Shown here: in pieces, positions 29,720 through 39,897 of the stretch
Numbering within the stretch: position 1 is the first letter of the stretch
Layout of the letters: every line of letters starts with the position of its first letter
Virus record (IMG/VR): IMGVR_UViG_3300029812_000326
Span: 32,001 to 96,000 of that record
DNA: 64,000 nt
Reading direction: 5' to 3' (one strand)
DNA from: a virus
The notes under the pieces: generated by a model
Database searches by the model: none
Seen by the model: the letters and a program-made list of their open reading frames with translations, nothing else
What the model was told of the DNA's origin: nothing
Program-made: the position numbers and the translations under genes

Positions 29720-30691
29720 ATGTTAGAAAGCGGCGTGTATTTAACGTGGAATAGGATATCATTTGAATTTTCAAATACCATTTCGGGGGATTACGTTTAT
29801 TTGAAATGTGATCCATATGATGTCTTGCCGGGAGAAGTTACAAAAGTGGAATTTGATTATCAAACATTCCACTGTGAGCAACATATTGGCGATGAGGTTC
29901 ATATTTTTGCTGATAATCTTCTCGAAGATTCCGTAAGATGTTTTATTCCAAATCCAAATGACAATAATCCGATTTTTTATCAACCCAGCCTTAATTTTGT
30001 ATATGATTCTGATGTTTCCGGATCGATTCCACTATATCCAATTGAATTTTCTGGGAATTATTATCCAGATGATATGTATTTATATTTGCCATGTGCTGAT
30101 ACATATTACATTACATATTATACCCAAGATTCCAAAACGTATTATCCCAGAGGGAAGCCGTCACATAAAATGTGGCCGGATGTTGATTATACTTGGAATG
30201 CAGATTATGAACTAAGGAATGGAATTGTATGTCCATCAACGGTTTTGACTTTATGTGATCCAGACAAACATATAAATCGGGCGCTCACTTCAAGTCCGCA
30301 AAGTGCATTTACGGTCTATCAGCAAATTTATTTCTGCGGATCCGCATTTGATATTAGAAATAGTAAATTCTTATTTATTAATCATAAAGGCTTTTTGGCA
30401 AGCGAGAGCGGAGAAAAATGGTACGTCAGGTATCCGGAAGAAAGGACAAAAACGGCTATTTTGAATCCTCAATCCAAACAAACAATAAATGGAAACGCCG
30501 CGGAGCTTAAAGAATTGCAGTGCTTTGAACCAAATTGGGATATCACTTTCCGGAGCATGGTTAATTATCAAAATTATATTTTATTGATTGGCGATTACGA
30601 TGGAAAATTATTTTTATTCATATTGGACCCGGTCCGGCTCCCGAAAATTATTAAGCACATAGAAATCAACAACTTAGATGATGTTATATAA
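29720..30691 (+). CDS. Structural protein, probable middle part of a 25390 paralog
   Basis: Similar composition; C-term NYILLIGDY..LFLFILDP resembles DYLVIGLY..FILIYYNP of 25390. Confidence 0.45.
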   Translation: MLESGVYLTWNRISFEFSNTISGDYVYLKCDPYDVLPGEVTKVEFDYQTFHCEQHIGDEVHIFADNLLEDSVRCFIPNPNDNNPIFYQPSLNFVYDSDVSGSIPLYPIEFSGNYYPDDMYLYLPCADTYYITYYTQDSKTYYPRGKPSHKMWPDVDYTWNADYELRNGIVCPSTVLTLCDPDKHINRALTSSPQSAFTVYQQIYFCGSAFDIRNSKFLFINHKGFLASESGEKWYVRYPEERTKTAILNPQSKQTINGNAAELKELQCFEPNWDITFRSMVNYQNYILLIGDYDGKLFLFILDPVRLPKIIKHIEINNLDDVI

Positions 30692-30720
30692 AACGAAATT
30701 TGGTTGGGGAAAATTGGGAT

Positions 30721-30736
30721 TTGAACTATAACAATA
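30721..30736 (+). repeat. 16-bp motif TTGAACTATAACAATA, copy 2
   Basis: Exact match to 16033-16048. Confidence 0.45.
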
Positions 30737-30742
30737 GCGAAA

Positions 30743-30934
30743 ATGCAAGAAATCAATACTATGAAGAAATGGTCTAAAAAATATGATTGTTGCCAAAAAT
30801 GTGGAGAATATGTTGGAATTAATAAACTTACGATGGATCATATAATTCCTATTTCGAAAGGCGGAATTCATCATATAAATAACGTTCAGCCTTTGTGTAT
30901 GCATTGTAATTCAATAAAGCATAATTCAATTTAA
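30743..30934 (+). CDS. Internally deleted mini-HNH endonuclease (KWSxKY family)
   Basis: KKWSKKYDCCQKCG joined directly to KLTMDHIIPISKGG.HHINNVQPLCMHCN. Confidence 0.8.
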   Translation: MQEINTMKKWSKKYDCCQKCGEYVGINKLTMDHIIPISKGGIHHINNVQPLCMHCNSIKHNSI

Positions 30935-32616
30935 TGGTTACTGAAATAAAACAATTCATTCGTGTACCGATCTGGAATTCTTTCGACGAATTCGGTCTTC
31001 TTTTAGGCTTAGAGCGTTTGCCCGGAGAAACTAATCGGGAATTCAGGCTCAGAATCTATAATGCGGGCAAATATTTTGGATCTGCAACGAAGCAAGGATT
31101 GGTTAACGCACTAAGTATTGAACTTGGATGTTGCCAATATAATGCAACTAATAAAACATTTTTCTTTCTTTCATATCAACCAGTGCTTCGTGATCCTGGA
31201 ACTAATGATCAGCTTTCATTTAGAGTTTGGGTGAACAATGAAGAATGGCAAAATTTTGATCTTCATCCTGATGCCGAAAATTATTTTAAATTATGGAAAT
31301 TGGAAAATGGGGCAACAACCCGAATATTAGAAATTAGTGACACATTCAATAATGGCGAACCATTAAAAATCATCTATTATAGAATTGAAGATAATGAACC
31401 GGAAAGATGGGTTGATGAATATGAATATCCGAATGAAAGATTTATGGCATATAAGAAGGAAACTCCAGTTTCTGGGCAAATTGAATTCTTTGAATTAAAT
31501 GATCCCGATTTTAAAAATGAATATCTTTTGGATGGGGACGGAAATCCAAAGCAAATTTATAAATCTTTTGTTGAAGAAATTCATCGGATTTATCCAATAT
31601 TATGGAATAAATTCATTTGGGATTACACCGCATTTGATTGTGGTGATGAAAAGATAACTGGACTCGAACATTTGCCATCAAGATTTGATGCATCGAGAAC
31701 ATATATAACATCTGGAGATTTTATTTCCGGAGTAGGATATGGAACTGATTGTGCAGTCCATGATGGCATTACACATATTAATTATGAGCAAAAAGTTTTA
31801 ATTCATCCTGGATATTTTACGTTGTGTGATTACGAATTTTATTTATTTGGACATAAATGTAGAGAACTGCCCCCTGCCAGTGGAAGCGTTGAATTATTTG
31901 AATTTAATGATCCAATAATCATAACTAATATATCTGGACAATGTTATTGGGACGATAATTTTGCTGAACCTTGGACTGATTATAATATTGATACTCACTA
32001 TTTGCACGTTCAAGATTTGTCAGGATGCATCAGCGGCGATTGGGATCCCAATGTGTGGGATGTGCCTTGGTTTACAATCGATAATTCTGGGGCTATTGAA
32101 ATAAGTGGAGAAAAACCATACGAAGAACATTATATTGAATATGGGTGCTTGAGTGGAAATTATGAATGTGACATTGATTTTAATCCTTGCCATTTTGCAA
32201 ATTTTACTGATAATTTTCTTGTAATTAGATTGGGACCGTTGGTCCCTGATACAATTGAAGTAACCTATGTTGATTGGTACATAAAGCGAAAATCTAACGA
32301 ATATGATGCAAATACTAGTGGATGCTATCCAGATAATGATATTACTATCAGAGTTGATATATATGATAAATGGAGAGCCCCAATCAATGATCCATCTTAT
32401 TCGGCAGAATTTTCTATATATTATAATGAACTGGAAATTGCCAGCGCCATTGAAAATTTATCAGATGATGGAAGTTGTTGGCATACATTTCACGATTTAA
32501 CAGAACGAAATTTAGTGGATCCTCATGATTTCTTGGTAACTGTGACATTATTGAAAGATGTAATTGCTACAAATCTTAAGGGATATTTAACTATTCCATT
32601 TGGAATTGAGGCATAA
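30934..32616 (+). CDS. Baseplate wedge-type protein
   Basis: WNSFDEFGLLLGLERLPGETNREFRLRI...ATKQGL motif reminiscent of P2 gpI-type wedge N-termini. Confidence 0.6.
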   Translation: MVTEIKQFIRVPIWNSFDEFGLLLGLERLPGETNREFRLRIYNAGKYFGSATKQGLVNALSIELGCCQYNATNKTFFFLSYQPVLRDPGTNDQLSFRVWVNNEEWQNFDLHPDAENYFKLWKLENGATTRILEISDTFNNGEPLKIIYYRIEDNEPERWVDEYEYPNERFMAYKKETPVSGQIEFFELNDPDFKNEYLLDGDGNPKQIYKSFVEEIHRIYPILWNKFIWDYTAFDCGDEKITGLEHLPSRFDASRTYITSGDFISGVGYGTDCAVHDGITHINYEQKVLIHPGYFTLCDYEFYLFGHKCRELPPASGSVELFEFNDPIIITNISGQCYWDDNFAEPWTDYNIDTHYLHVQDLSGCISGDWDPNVWDVPWFTIDNSGAIEISGEKPYEEHYIEYGCLSGNYECDIDFNPCHFANFTDNFLVIRLGPLVPDTIEVTYVDWYIKRKSNEYDANTSGCYPDNDITIRVDIYDKWRAPINDPSYSAEFSIYYNELEIASAIENLSDDGSCWHTFHDLTERNLVDPHDFLVTVTLLKDVIATNLKGYLTIPFGIEA

Positions 32617-33762
32617 ATGCCAAATAGTTGTTCGTTAATCACCGTTCAAGAAAAAGTTGAGAGAAAGTGCATGGTTCCATTGGCATTTGTCTCTGGGGGC
32701 GAAGCAGTTCCTGGAACGGCTTCATTCGGAATGGATCATTCCAATGAAATATTTCAAAATGTTTCAGAAAAAACTGGATTTTTTACTCTCGAAGCCATAT
32801 TAGGGCAATATATGGAATTGCCGTATGATCAATATGGAGATCTACTGGGCAAAAATTATCTCAATATGTTTATATTTACTCCATATTCCATATTTGAAGG
32901 AATAGAATATTCCGATGAATATAACAAAATGATGCTTCCATATAAGTATGAACTGCGGTATGATCATTTGGCTCGGAGTAAAAGTCCGGCCGCCCATATT
33001 CGCATTTTCGATCATAACGGCAAGGAAATACCAAAAGAATACTACATGATTTTAGTATTTGGTTCTCAACATTTTTCAATATTGCCGGGTTCATTGGATC
33101 CGCGAGCTTATGGTCCATTTATAACAGAAAAATCCCAAGTTGATTGTGCCAAGGCGCGAGCATGTCAAGGCAAAAATATTTGGGGTGAAGATTGGAGCAC
33201 AAGTTTATATAGAGAGCGCAGACTTTGGGAATATGCACATCCGGAACTTGAAAGACCTCCCATAAGCGGAAATTTTCCTGTGGATGAAACTGAAGGTTAT
33301 TGGAATAGAACGGATGATGGCCGCTATTCTGAAGAGGAATTTGAAAACATGTATGTTTCCGAAGATGGCTATTGGGGACAAACCTTGTCTGGAGGACACG
33401 TTATATATGATGATATATATGATCGTGGACCAGCAATTTTTCCCGGTCTTTCGGGCCAGATTGGATATTTAACTTCATACAAATATCTTAGTGGAGATGA
33501 TTACTACGAAGATAGTACACCATATCGGGTAGTTTTGCTATTACCAGAATTTTTGTGTTTCCAAGATGGTTTGACCATATGGGTTGAATATAATAAATTT
33601 GTAAAATATAATGATGATGAAGAATTTATTGAATTTTTTCATCCAGGATATAGAGAAATTGTCAATCCGGAATTAATTATTAAGCATGGTGTGGATTATA
33701 CTTTTGCAATTGTTGATGGAAAACTAAGTGTTGTTTGGATTAATACAGATTTTATAATATAA
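32617..33762 (+). CDS. Hypothetical structural protein
   Basis: 381-aa ORF in operon, acidic/aromatic composition. Confidence 0.45.
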   Translation: MPNSCSLITVQEKVERKCMVPLAFVSGGEAVPGTASFGMDHSNEIFQNVSEKTGFFTLEAILGQYMELPYDQYGDLLGKNYLNMFIFTPYSIFEGIEYSDEYNKMMLPYKYELRYDHLARSKSPAAHIRIFDHNGKEIPKEYYMILVFGSQHFSILPGSLDPRAYGPFITEKSQVDCAKARACQGKNIWGEDWSTSLYRERRLWEYAHPELERPPISGNFPVDETEGYWNRTDDGRYSEEEFENMYVSEDGYWGQTLSGGHVIYDDIYDRGPAIFPGLSGQIGYLTSYKYLSGDDYYEDSTPYRVVLLLPEFLCFQDGLTIWVEYNKFVKYNDDEEFIEFFHPGYREIVNPELIIKHGVDYTFAIVDGKLSVVWINTDFII

Positions 33763-33772
33763 TGGGAATCTA

Positions 33773-35863
33773 ATGGGTAATACTTATTATATAAGACACT
33801 TCGCAGGATCTGATGCCAACACTGGATTATCTGCTGACCAAGCGTGGAGAACACTAAATCGCGCACGAATCTCCGTTGCTCCCGGTGATACCGCCTACGT
33901 AGGAGCTGGAGATTATACCCTATCTGGCGAATCCAAAGATTTTCTTGGATTTCGAGAAGGATCATCTCTCAGTCCGATTCATTATATTGGAGATTATGAT
34001 GGATCTCATACGGGAGATGCCGGTGAAGTAAAAACTTCATATGCTGCGGTGGAACGCGGATGGGGAATTATTGAAAATTTTGATTTTTGCGGTTATTTTC
34101 AACAAGGTGCGTCGTATTTCGGTACAATAATTATTGATGCTGCAGCAAGAGATCCAGATGAATGTAGAGTGAAATTCGAAAGATGTAAGATAGCTGAAAG
34201 ATGTTGGATCGATTCAGTTAGCACAATATTTGAAAATTGCTATATGAATTACAAGGAAAATGCTGGAACGGAATGCATATATGTGTTAAACAATACAACT
34301 TTCCATCATGCTATAACATTAACTTTAAGGCATTGCACGGTAATTCAAACCAACACGAACGAACCAAATATATTCTTTGCTGTAACTGATCTAGCATATT
34401 TTTATTCAAAAAATAATTTATTTATTAATTTTAATATGAATCCAGTTCCTTGGAGTAAAGGGATATATCAGTCAAATACTGTCACTGCACTCATTACCTA
34501 TTCCGATTATAATCATTTTGAACATTATAGGGCGCTCCATTATTGGGTAGGGGCGACTGGTTGGTATTATTCAGATCTGGTACATTGGCAAGATTCTACA
34601 GGGCGTGATACTCATAGCACCGAAGGTTGGGCACATTTGATGTCATTCACCACATTCTTTGATGGATATAAATTGAAAGACATTTCTCCTTGTATTGGGA
34701 CTGCAGCAGGTGGACAATACGATGACATAGAAGGAAATGTTCGGGATGGCAGCGCTCCAGACAAAGGATGTTATGAATGGCAAGGTGATCCAATCAGCCT
34801 TATCAAAACATATTTTGTGCGGAAATCTGGCAATGATGCAAATGACGGACTCTCCAAAGAAAATGCATTTCTGACATTGAGAGCAGCCACTGATGTCATC
34901 AGCCAATACGAAACTTGCTACATTGGAGCGGGCACTTATGACGAAGTTCTTTATATGCCAAATTCGGGCGATTATACTCAATATATCGGAGATTTAGATG
35001 GGAATTATACAGGCGACGAAGGTGAAGTACATATTGAAGCGATGATGAATGTATGCAGTAAAGAGCCATATCAATTATCTATCATAAATCATCACGTTTG
35101 TTTGGAAAATTTACATTTCTTTGATGAATATTTTGCTAGTCCATTTTGGCGGGCGAGTGTATTAACTCCCGGCACCCATGGATGCATTTTTTCGAAAGTT
35201 AGAGCAGATAAAAGCTTTGCTATGGGAAATACACATTGTTCGAAAATAGTAAATTGTGTAGCATGGCCAATGGCATCGTCAGAACCCGGATTTACGGCGA
35301 TTGCATTTGCTATAGGTCAAACAAATTGGATTTATCATAATACATTCATTCATAATACTGGACAAGGTCCCGCAGCAGGTTCGGCGGCTGCTATTGGTAA
35401 ATACGGTATAATAAAGAATAATATTTTTGTATCACTTAGTGAAAATACCCCAGCATTGGATACTGGAGTGGGCGATGTTATGAATATTGATTATAATTTC
35501 TATCAATATAATCCCACTATTGGCGCCGACATGCATAGTAATTATGCTGATTTGGAAACATGGCAGGCAGTTGAAGGACATGATGAAAATGCTCTTGAAG
35601 GAGATCCACTATTTGAGGCAGATGGATATCATATTAAACCTATCTCTCCCTGTGTGGATATGGCAAATGGTGCTCTCCTTTTTGGAATGGCGGCTCCAAT
35701 TGACGAAGATATAGACGAAGATTTTCGACCTCTTGGTGCAGGTTCGGACATTGGCGCGGATGAAGTTGATTTTCCCCCGCTATTTGAGGAAAATCTTTAT
35801 GTTAAAGTACCAATGGCAAATATAATCCGATTTATAACTCCAGATTATGCGAATAGGCGATAA
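33773..35863 (+). CDS. Tandem right-handed beta-helix (pectin lyase-like) protein, probable receptor-binding/depolymerase
   Basis: Two modules, each starting (T)Y(Y/F)xR..G.DAN.GLS...A..TL and ending SPC.......D.....R.....D.G..E. Confidence 0.7.
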   Translation: MGNTYYIRHFAGSDANTGLSADQAWRTLNRARISVAPGDTAYVGAGDYTLSGESKDFLGFREGSSLSPIHYIGDYDGSHTGDAGEVKTSYAAVERGWGIIENFDFCGYFQQGASYFGTIIIDAAARDPDECRVKFERCKIAERCWIDSVSTIFENCYMNYKENAGTECIYVLNNTTFHHAITLTLRHCTVIQTNTNEPNIFFAVTDLAYFYSKNNLFINFNMNPVPWSKGIYQSNTVTALITYSDYNHFEHYRALHYWVGATGWYYSDLVHWQDSTGRDTHSTEGWAHLMSFTTFFDGYKLKDISPCIGTAAGGQYDDIEGNVRDGSAPDKGCYEWQGDPISLIKTYFVRKSGNDANDGLSKENAFLTLRAATDVISQYETCYIGAGTYDEVLYMPNSGDYTQYIGDLDGNYTGDEGEVHIEAMMNVCSKEPYQLSIINHHVCLENLHFFDEYFASPFWRASVLTPGTHGCIFSKVRADKSFAMGNTHCSKIVNCVAWPMASSEPGFTAIAFAIGQTNWIYHNTFIHNTGQGPAAGSAAAIGKYGIIKNNIFVSLSENTPALDTGVGDVMNIDYNFYQYNPTIGADMHSNYADLETWQAVEGHDENALEGDPLFEADGYHIKPISPCVDMANGALLFGMAAPIDEDIDEDFRPLGAGSDIGADEVDFPPLFEENLYVKVPMANIIRFITPDYANRR

Positions 35864-35866
35864 TAT

Positions 35867-36586
35867 ATGAATCAGAAAGAATTTTGGTTTCCTGAAATAT
35901 CAAAAGGATTTTTTAAATACAACCGGAAATTCTATTCAACATTTTCTATGATAGCAGCTTTAGGTCACGCTGTCGATTGGCATAAGGATCCTGTAGTTCC
36001 AATTAAAACTGAACGTGGGCATTATTGTGGAAAAATTTCGAAAGAAAGAGTGAAAATAATTGATCCTTATACTGTTCAAGTTCAGCATAAACCATTATAT
36101 TTTTGGGATGGTCCCCGCGATCCGGAATTATTTAACGAATATTATGGCTATTCAAAAAACATTGATGGTCCGGATCAAGGAAGCATATTTGATACTGACC
36201 ATGATATAAGTCCGAGCGGTGAAATCATTGCAAATAATCCATGGCCAAGATATATACCTCCACATCTATTGGATGCGCCCGTTTGCGATGAAGATTATGG
36301 TTTTTGGCCAGAAAATGATGCGTTGGCTGAGAGCGAACCAGCATATTCCCATGGAATTGATATCTACATAAATAGAATATTAATAGGCAATGAAATTATT
36401 GAAACATATGATTTTTGGAATGGGTTGATAATTTTTAAATATCCAATAAATCCGGAGGATGTTATTGAGGTAACATATTTATATGAACAAGTTAAAGCGG
36501 TTATTCCTGATGTAAATCTCAATCCTATATATCCGGAAATGCCCTGTAGTGGGGAAACAGAATTCATTGAGTGTATAAAAGTTTAG
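35867..36586 (+). CDS. Hypothetical structural protein
   Basis: 239-aa ORF; YDFWNGLIIF...IEVTYLY Ig-like segment. Confidence 0.45.
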   Translation: MNQKEFWFPEISKGFFKYNRKFYSTFSMIAALGHAVDWHKDPVVPIKTERGHYCGKISKERVKIIDPYTVQVQHKPLYFWDGPRDPELFNEYYGYSKNIDGPDQGSIFDTDHDISPSGEIIANNPWPRYIPPHLLDAPVCDEDYGFWPENDALAESEPAYSHGIDIYINRILIGNEIIETYDFWNGLIIFKYPINPEDVIEVTYLYEQVKAVIPDVNLNPIYPEMPCSGETEFIECIKV

Positions 36587-36589
36587 AAT

Positions 36590-37225
36590 ATGATATATTA
36601 TCCGCGCGAAAATTTATACAGATTTTGGATTATTGAAGATGATCTGGTTGAAAGATCTTCGGTTATCAATGTTCGGAAACTTAATGCGAAAACTGGTGAC
36701 ATTTCTAATGTTGGAGAAGATGAACTTTTGGTTGGAGACGAATCCGTTGCCAGTATCGTTAAACGCAAATTGTCCATTGTTGATGTTCGTAATCGTCCAG
36801 AATTAATAGATCCGAAAACTGCAATATATAAACAGCCAGAAGTTGATTATTATACGGATATTGGCTATGCAGATGGATTGCCATATCAAGGCGATGCAGT
36901 CATAATTATTAATATTCCATTCTCCAAATTGAAACAATTGGCAAAAAAAATTCATGATCAGTCATATAATTCATTGGGCATCAATTCTGATATTCAACAT
37001 ATTATATATGAAAATTATTCACAGGAATTTGGTGACTGTGGAATATCGAATATTTTGGAATTGAAAGAACTTTATGCTTGGGATGATACTGACATGGATG
37101 ATGTTAATAAATATATGGATTTTATAAATAATTGCTATGAAGACGCTAAAGCATTGGTTAAAAAAATTATAAAAAAATATTTAGCCTTTGGAATTTTACC
37201 TATTGTACAATATATCAATACATGA
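36590..37225 (+). CDS. Hypothetical structural protein
   Basis: 211-aa ORF in operon; DIGYADGLPYQGDAVIII motif. Confidence 0.45.
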   Translation: MIYYPRENLYRFWIIEDDLVERSSVINVRKLNAKTGDISNVGEDELLVGDESVASIVKRKLSIVDVRNRPELIDPKTAIYKQPEVDYYTDIGYADGLPYQGDAVIIINIPFSKLKQLAKKIHDQSYNSLGINSDIQHIIYENYSQEFGDCGISNILELKELYAWDDTDMDDVNKYMDFINNCYEDAKALVKKIIKKYLAFGILPIVQYINT

Positions 37226-39897
37226 AATATTTAACTTCGTATCGTAATATTATTCCAATTTCGCAACGATTAGAATTCGAAAAGCATTTGCGACAACAAG
37301 TTGATAAAGGCAGAATTCGTAGCGAAATGGAATTTGCAGATCAACTTAAAGATGCAGTCGGTCAAATTGATCCAAGCAATAAACCGATTTTCATAGTTAG
37401 TTTGGCAAATCTGTGGTCTAAAACAAATAGTAAAGTTTATAATGGAATGATGGACAACGCAAAAATTGATTTATTTGCACTATTTAAAGAAAACAATTTA
37501 TCAAATTATATTTTGGGCTTGCAAGAAAATATTAGCAAAGATTTCAATGACAACGTTTATGATGCAATTGTAAATTTGCAGGGAGAAATTGCTTCGCAGA
37601 AAATTAAATTCGAAAATAAACAGGGACAAAAAGCAACAATATATGAATCATTCACAGACATTACTGGAAGAACGTTAGCAGATGTTATTGTACGACATGG
37701 AGCACTCACACTAGATAATTATTCTGCTGAAGTTCATATCTATACTTTGGAAAATGCTGAAGTGTATCGGTATCCCAGTGCGGGTATAAATTTATTTGTT
37801 TCCGCCGGGAATGATGTAGAACTTAATCCGTCAATCCTACAGCCAGGACTATCTCAAGGATATTGGTCGGAAGCAATTTTAAGCGATGCAGTGCCATCAT
37901 TACTCTTTCAAGATGATGATATTGTTCCATGGAACAAACTATTTCGCGGGATTTTAGTAATTTTGCGATTGACATTTGCAACGCCCATATCAATGAATGC
38001 GCTGGATATTGATCCTTTTACCATATTTGACGTCCGAATACCATGGCTCCGCTATAAATTGGAAGATTCAGAAAATTGGAATTATGTCATAAAAGATGAT
38101 ACGCGAATCAATGGAATGGGCCGCGAAATAATAAATTTCCGGAATTTTGACAGAGTAAATCATGTTAAAATATTGGAAATTCCGTTTTGGCAAATTAATG
38201 CATATGCAAATAGATACACAATTTCTGCTGGAACGAAAGAGGAATTGGATCTTTGGCAAGACATTTTAAATGGAAAATATAAAAATTTGGAAGCAAGTAA
38301 ACATGAAGCATTATATAATCCTATTGAAGAAACTAATTATGACGAAGCTATATATAAATTATTCGAACAAAAAAATCTGTCTAAAAGTTTGGAAAATATA
38401 GCAAAGTTTTTAGGAATTGAAAATAAAAAATTTAGGCGGGTGGGTTCCAAAATTGTTTTAGAAAATTTAAAAATTGAAAATCCATTTTTCACACAAAGCG
38501 AAAAATACGAATATGTGTATGGAGCATATTCAATATTACCAATGGATATAAAATATAAACCATTTGGTGTGTTTTCGTCTTCTCCAATTAATATTGTGGA
38601 ACAACCGATTAATTCGTTTTCAATAAGTGCCGCGGAGGAAGAACCAGCAATCTGTAGTATAAATTATTTTATAAAATTGGATTCAGGACAAAAGTATGGA
38701 TTGGTTCCCAAAGGTAAAATAAAAATTCGTGAACATTTGTCAATTACATCCGACGAAAAATCGTTTCCAAGAGCATATTACACGGATGGTTTATGTTCTG
38801 AAGAATATACTATTCAAACTGATTGTGAAATTAAACAATTAAATAAATTTATTCCAACATTTTATATTGACAATGATAAAGATATCAACGTTTATAGAAA
38901 TGGAACCCAATTGTCGGGCGTTGTAGTTGATCCAAAAGAACGGTATGCATATATTGATGTAACGGGAACTCTTACTGATTATAGAGAAATAGTTGCATCA
39001 GATGTCATTATGATAGAATATGATATGGATCCCTTGTATCAACCGCCAGGAAAAAAACAATTTAATCCATTTTATTCGGAAACGGAAGGAATTGTTGATA
39101 CATATATATTATCTTTAGAAGGCGGCGCCCCATTAGATATTTACCGGGGTTATGATTTATATGTTGGATTCCCTGATACTCAATGGTTTTTGATGAGCGG
39201 AGGCACATTTGTAGTAACTGAAAATACAATATTAGTATCAGGTATGGCAGTTCAATCCTTGGTAGACGAATGTGAAATTAATGTTATGGGAATAAAATTT
39301 ATGTTTGAATATTATTCCACAATTGATGATTTTAATGGAAATTTAGGACGGCGAGATTTTGCTGGAAGTCCTTATATTGTGGATTTGATCCAAGCTCATA
39401 CATGTAGATCAAAAATTGATCCAGCAGGATCTATGCCAGAATTAGAAATTGTGCCTATAAAAACATTATCATTGCAGCGTTTTTCTGGTAAATTTAAATT
39501 GACAAATTATATAATTGAATTGCCTGTTAGACCCATAATTAATTTTAGGCTTTATAATTATAATGGCACATGGAAAGATGAACCAGGCACAGAAGAAACA
39601 TATTCACCTATAGAAGTTAAAATTGGGGATATTATAGCTATTGATAGAACGAATTATTTTGAAAAACATCAAAGTTTGCATCCATATAGCGAAATTGGAC
39701 AATACGAATTTTATTTAAAGGGAAATAAATTATATTTTAATGCCGAATCTGCAAACGCCGATATAACGATATCTTTTAGATATATTGGGAAAATTGCCAA
39801 TTTATTGATAGAATATAACACGAATGTTATGCACATTTCATCATATACACCAATTATTCAAAATTACATATTAAATTTGGGAATGATAAATGTATAG
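37222..39897 (+). CDS. Baseplate/fibre-attachment protein, TPxI family paralog 1
   Basis: N-term helical KPIF..YN....DL; C-term YTPIIQNYIL. Confidence 0.5.
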   Translation: MKYLTSYRNIIPISQRLEFEKHLRQQVDKGRIRSEMEFADQLKDAVGQIDPSNKPIFIVSLANLWSKTNSKVYNGMMDNAKIDLFALFKENNLSNYILGLQENISKDFNDNVYDAIVNLQGEIASQKIKFENKQGQKATIYESFTDITGRTLADVIVRHGALTLDNYSAEVHIYTLENAEVYRYPSAGINLFVSAGNDVELNPSILQPGLSQGYWSEAILSDAVPSLLFQDDDIVPWNKLFRGILVILRLTFATPISMNALDIDPFTIFDVRIPWLRYKLEDSENWNYVIKDDTRINGMGREIINFRNFDRVNHVKILEIPFWQINAYANRYTISAGTKEELDLWQDILNGKYKNLEASKHEALYNPIEETNYDEAIYKLFEQKNLSKSLENIAKFLGIENKKFRRVGSKIVLENLKIENPFFTQSEKYEYVYGAYSILPMDIKYKPFGVFSSSPINIVEQPINSFSISAAEEEPAICSINYFIKLDSGQKYGLVPKGKIKIREHLSITSDEKSFPRAYYTDGLCSEEYTIQTDCEIKQLNKFIPTFYIDNDKDINVYRNGTQLSGVVVDPKERYAYIDVTGTLTDYREIVASDVIMIEYDMDPLYQPPGKKQFNPFYSETEGIVDTYILSLEGGAPLDIYRGYDLYVGFPDTQWFLMSGGTFVVTENTILVSGMAVQSLVDECEINVMGIKFMFEYYSTIDDFNGNLGRRDFAGSPYIVDLIQAHTCRSKIDPAGSMPELEIVPIKTLSLQRFSGKFKLTNYIIELPVRPIINFRLYNYNGTWKDEPGTEETYSPIEVKIGDIIAIDRTNYFEKHQSLHPYSEIGQYEFYLKGNKLYFNAESANADITISFRYIGKIANLLIEYNTNVMHISSYTPIIQNYILNLGMINV

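Noticed and set aside
16033-30736. CRISPR repeat (motif resembles some repeat ends)
   Set aside because: Only two 16-bp copies 14.7 kb apart, with no repeat-spacer periodicity
16028-36590. Genome-wide TAG reassignment
   Set aside because: Only one internal TAG (16341); multi-kb ORFs are open in the standard code, and TAG at 16028 is followed by TGA two codons later
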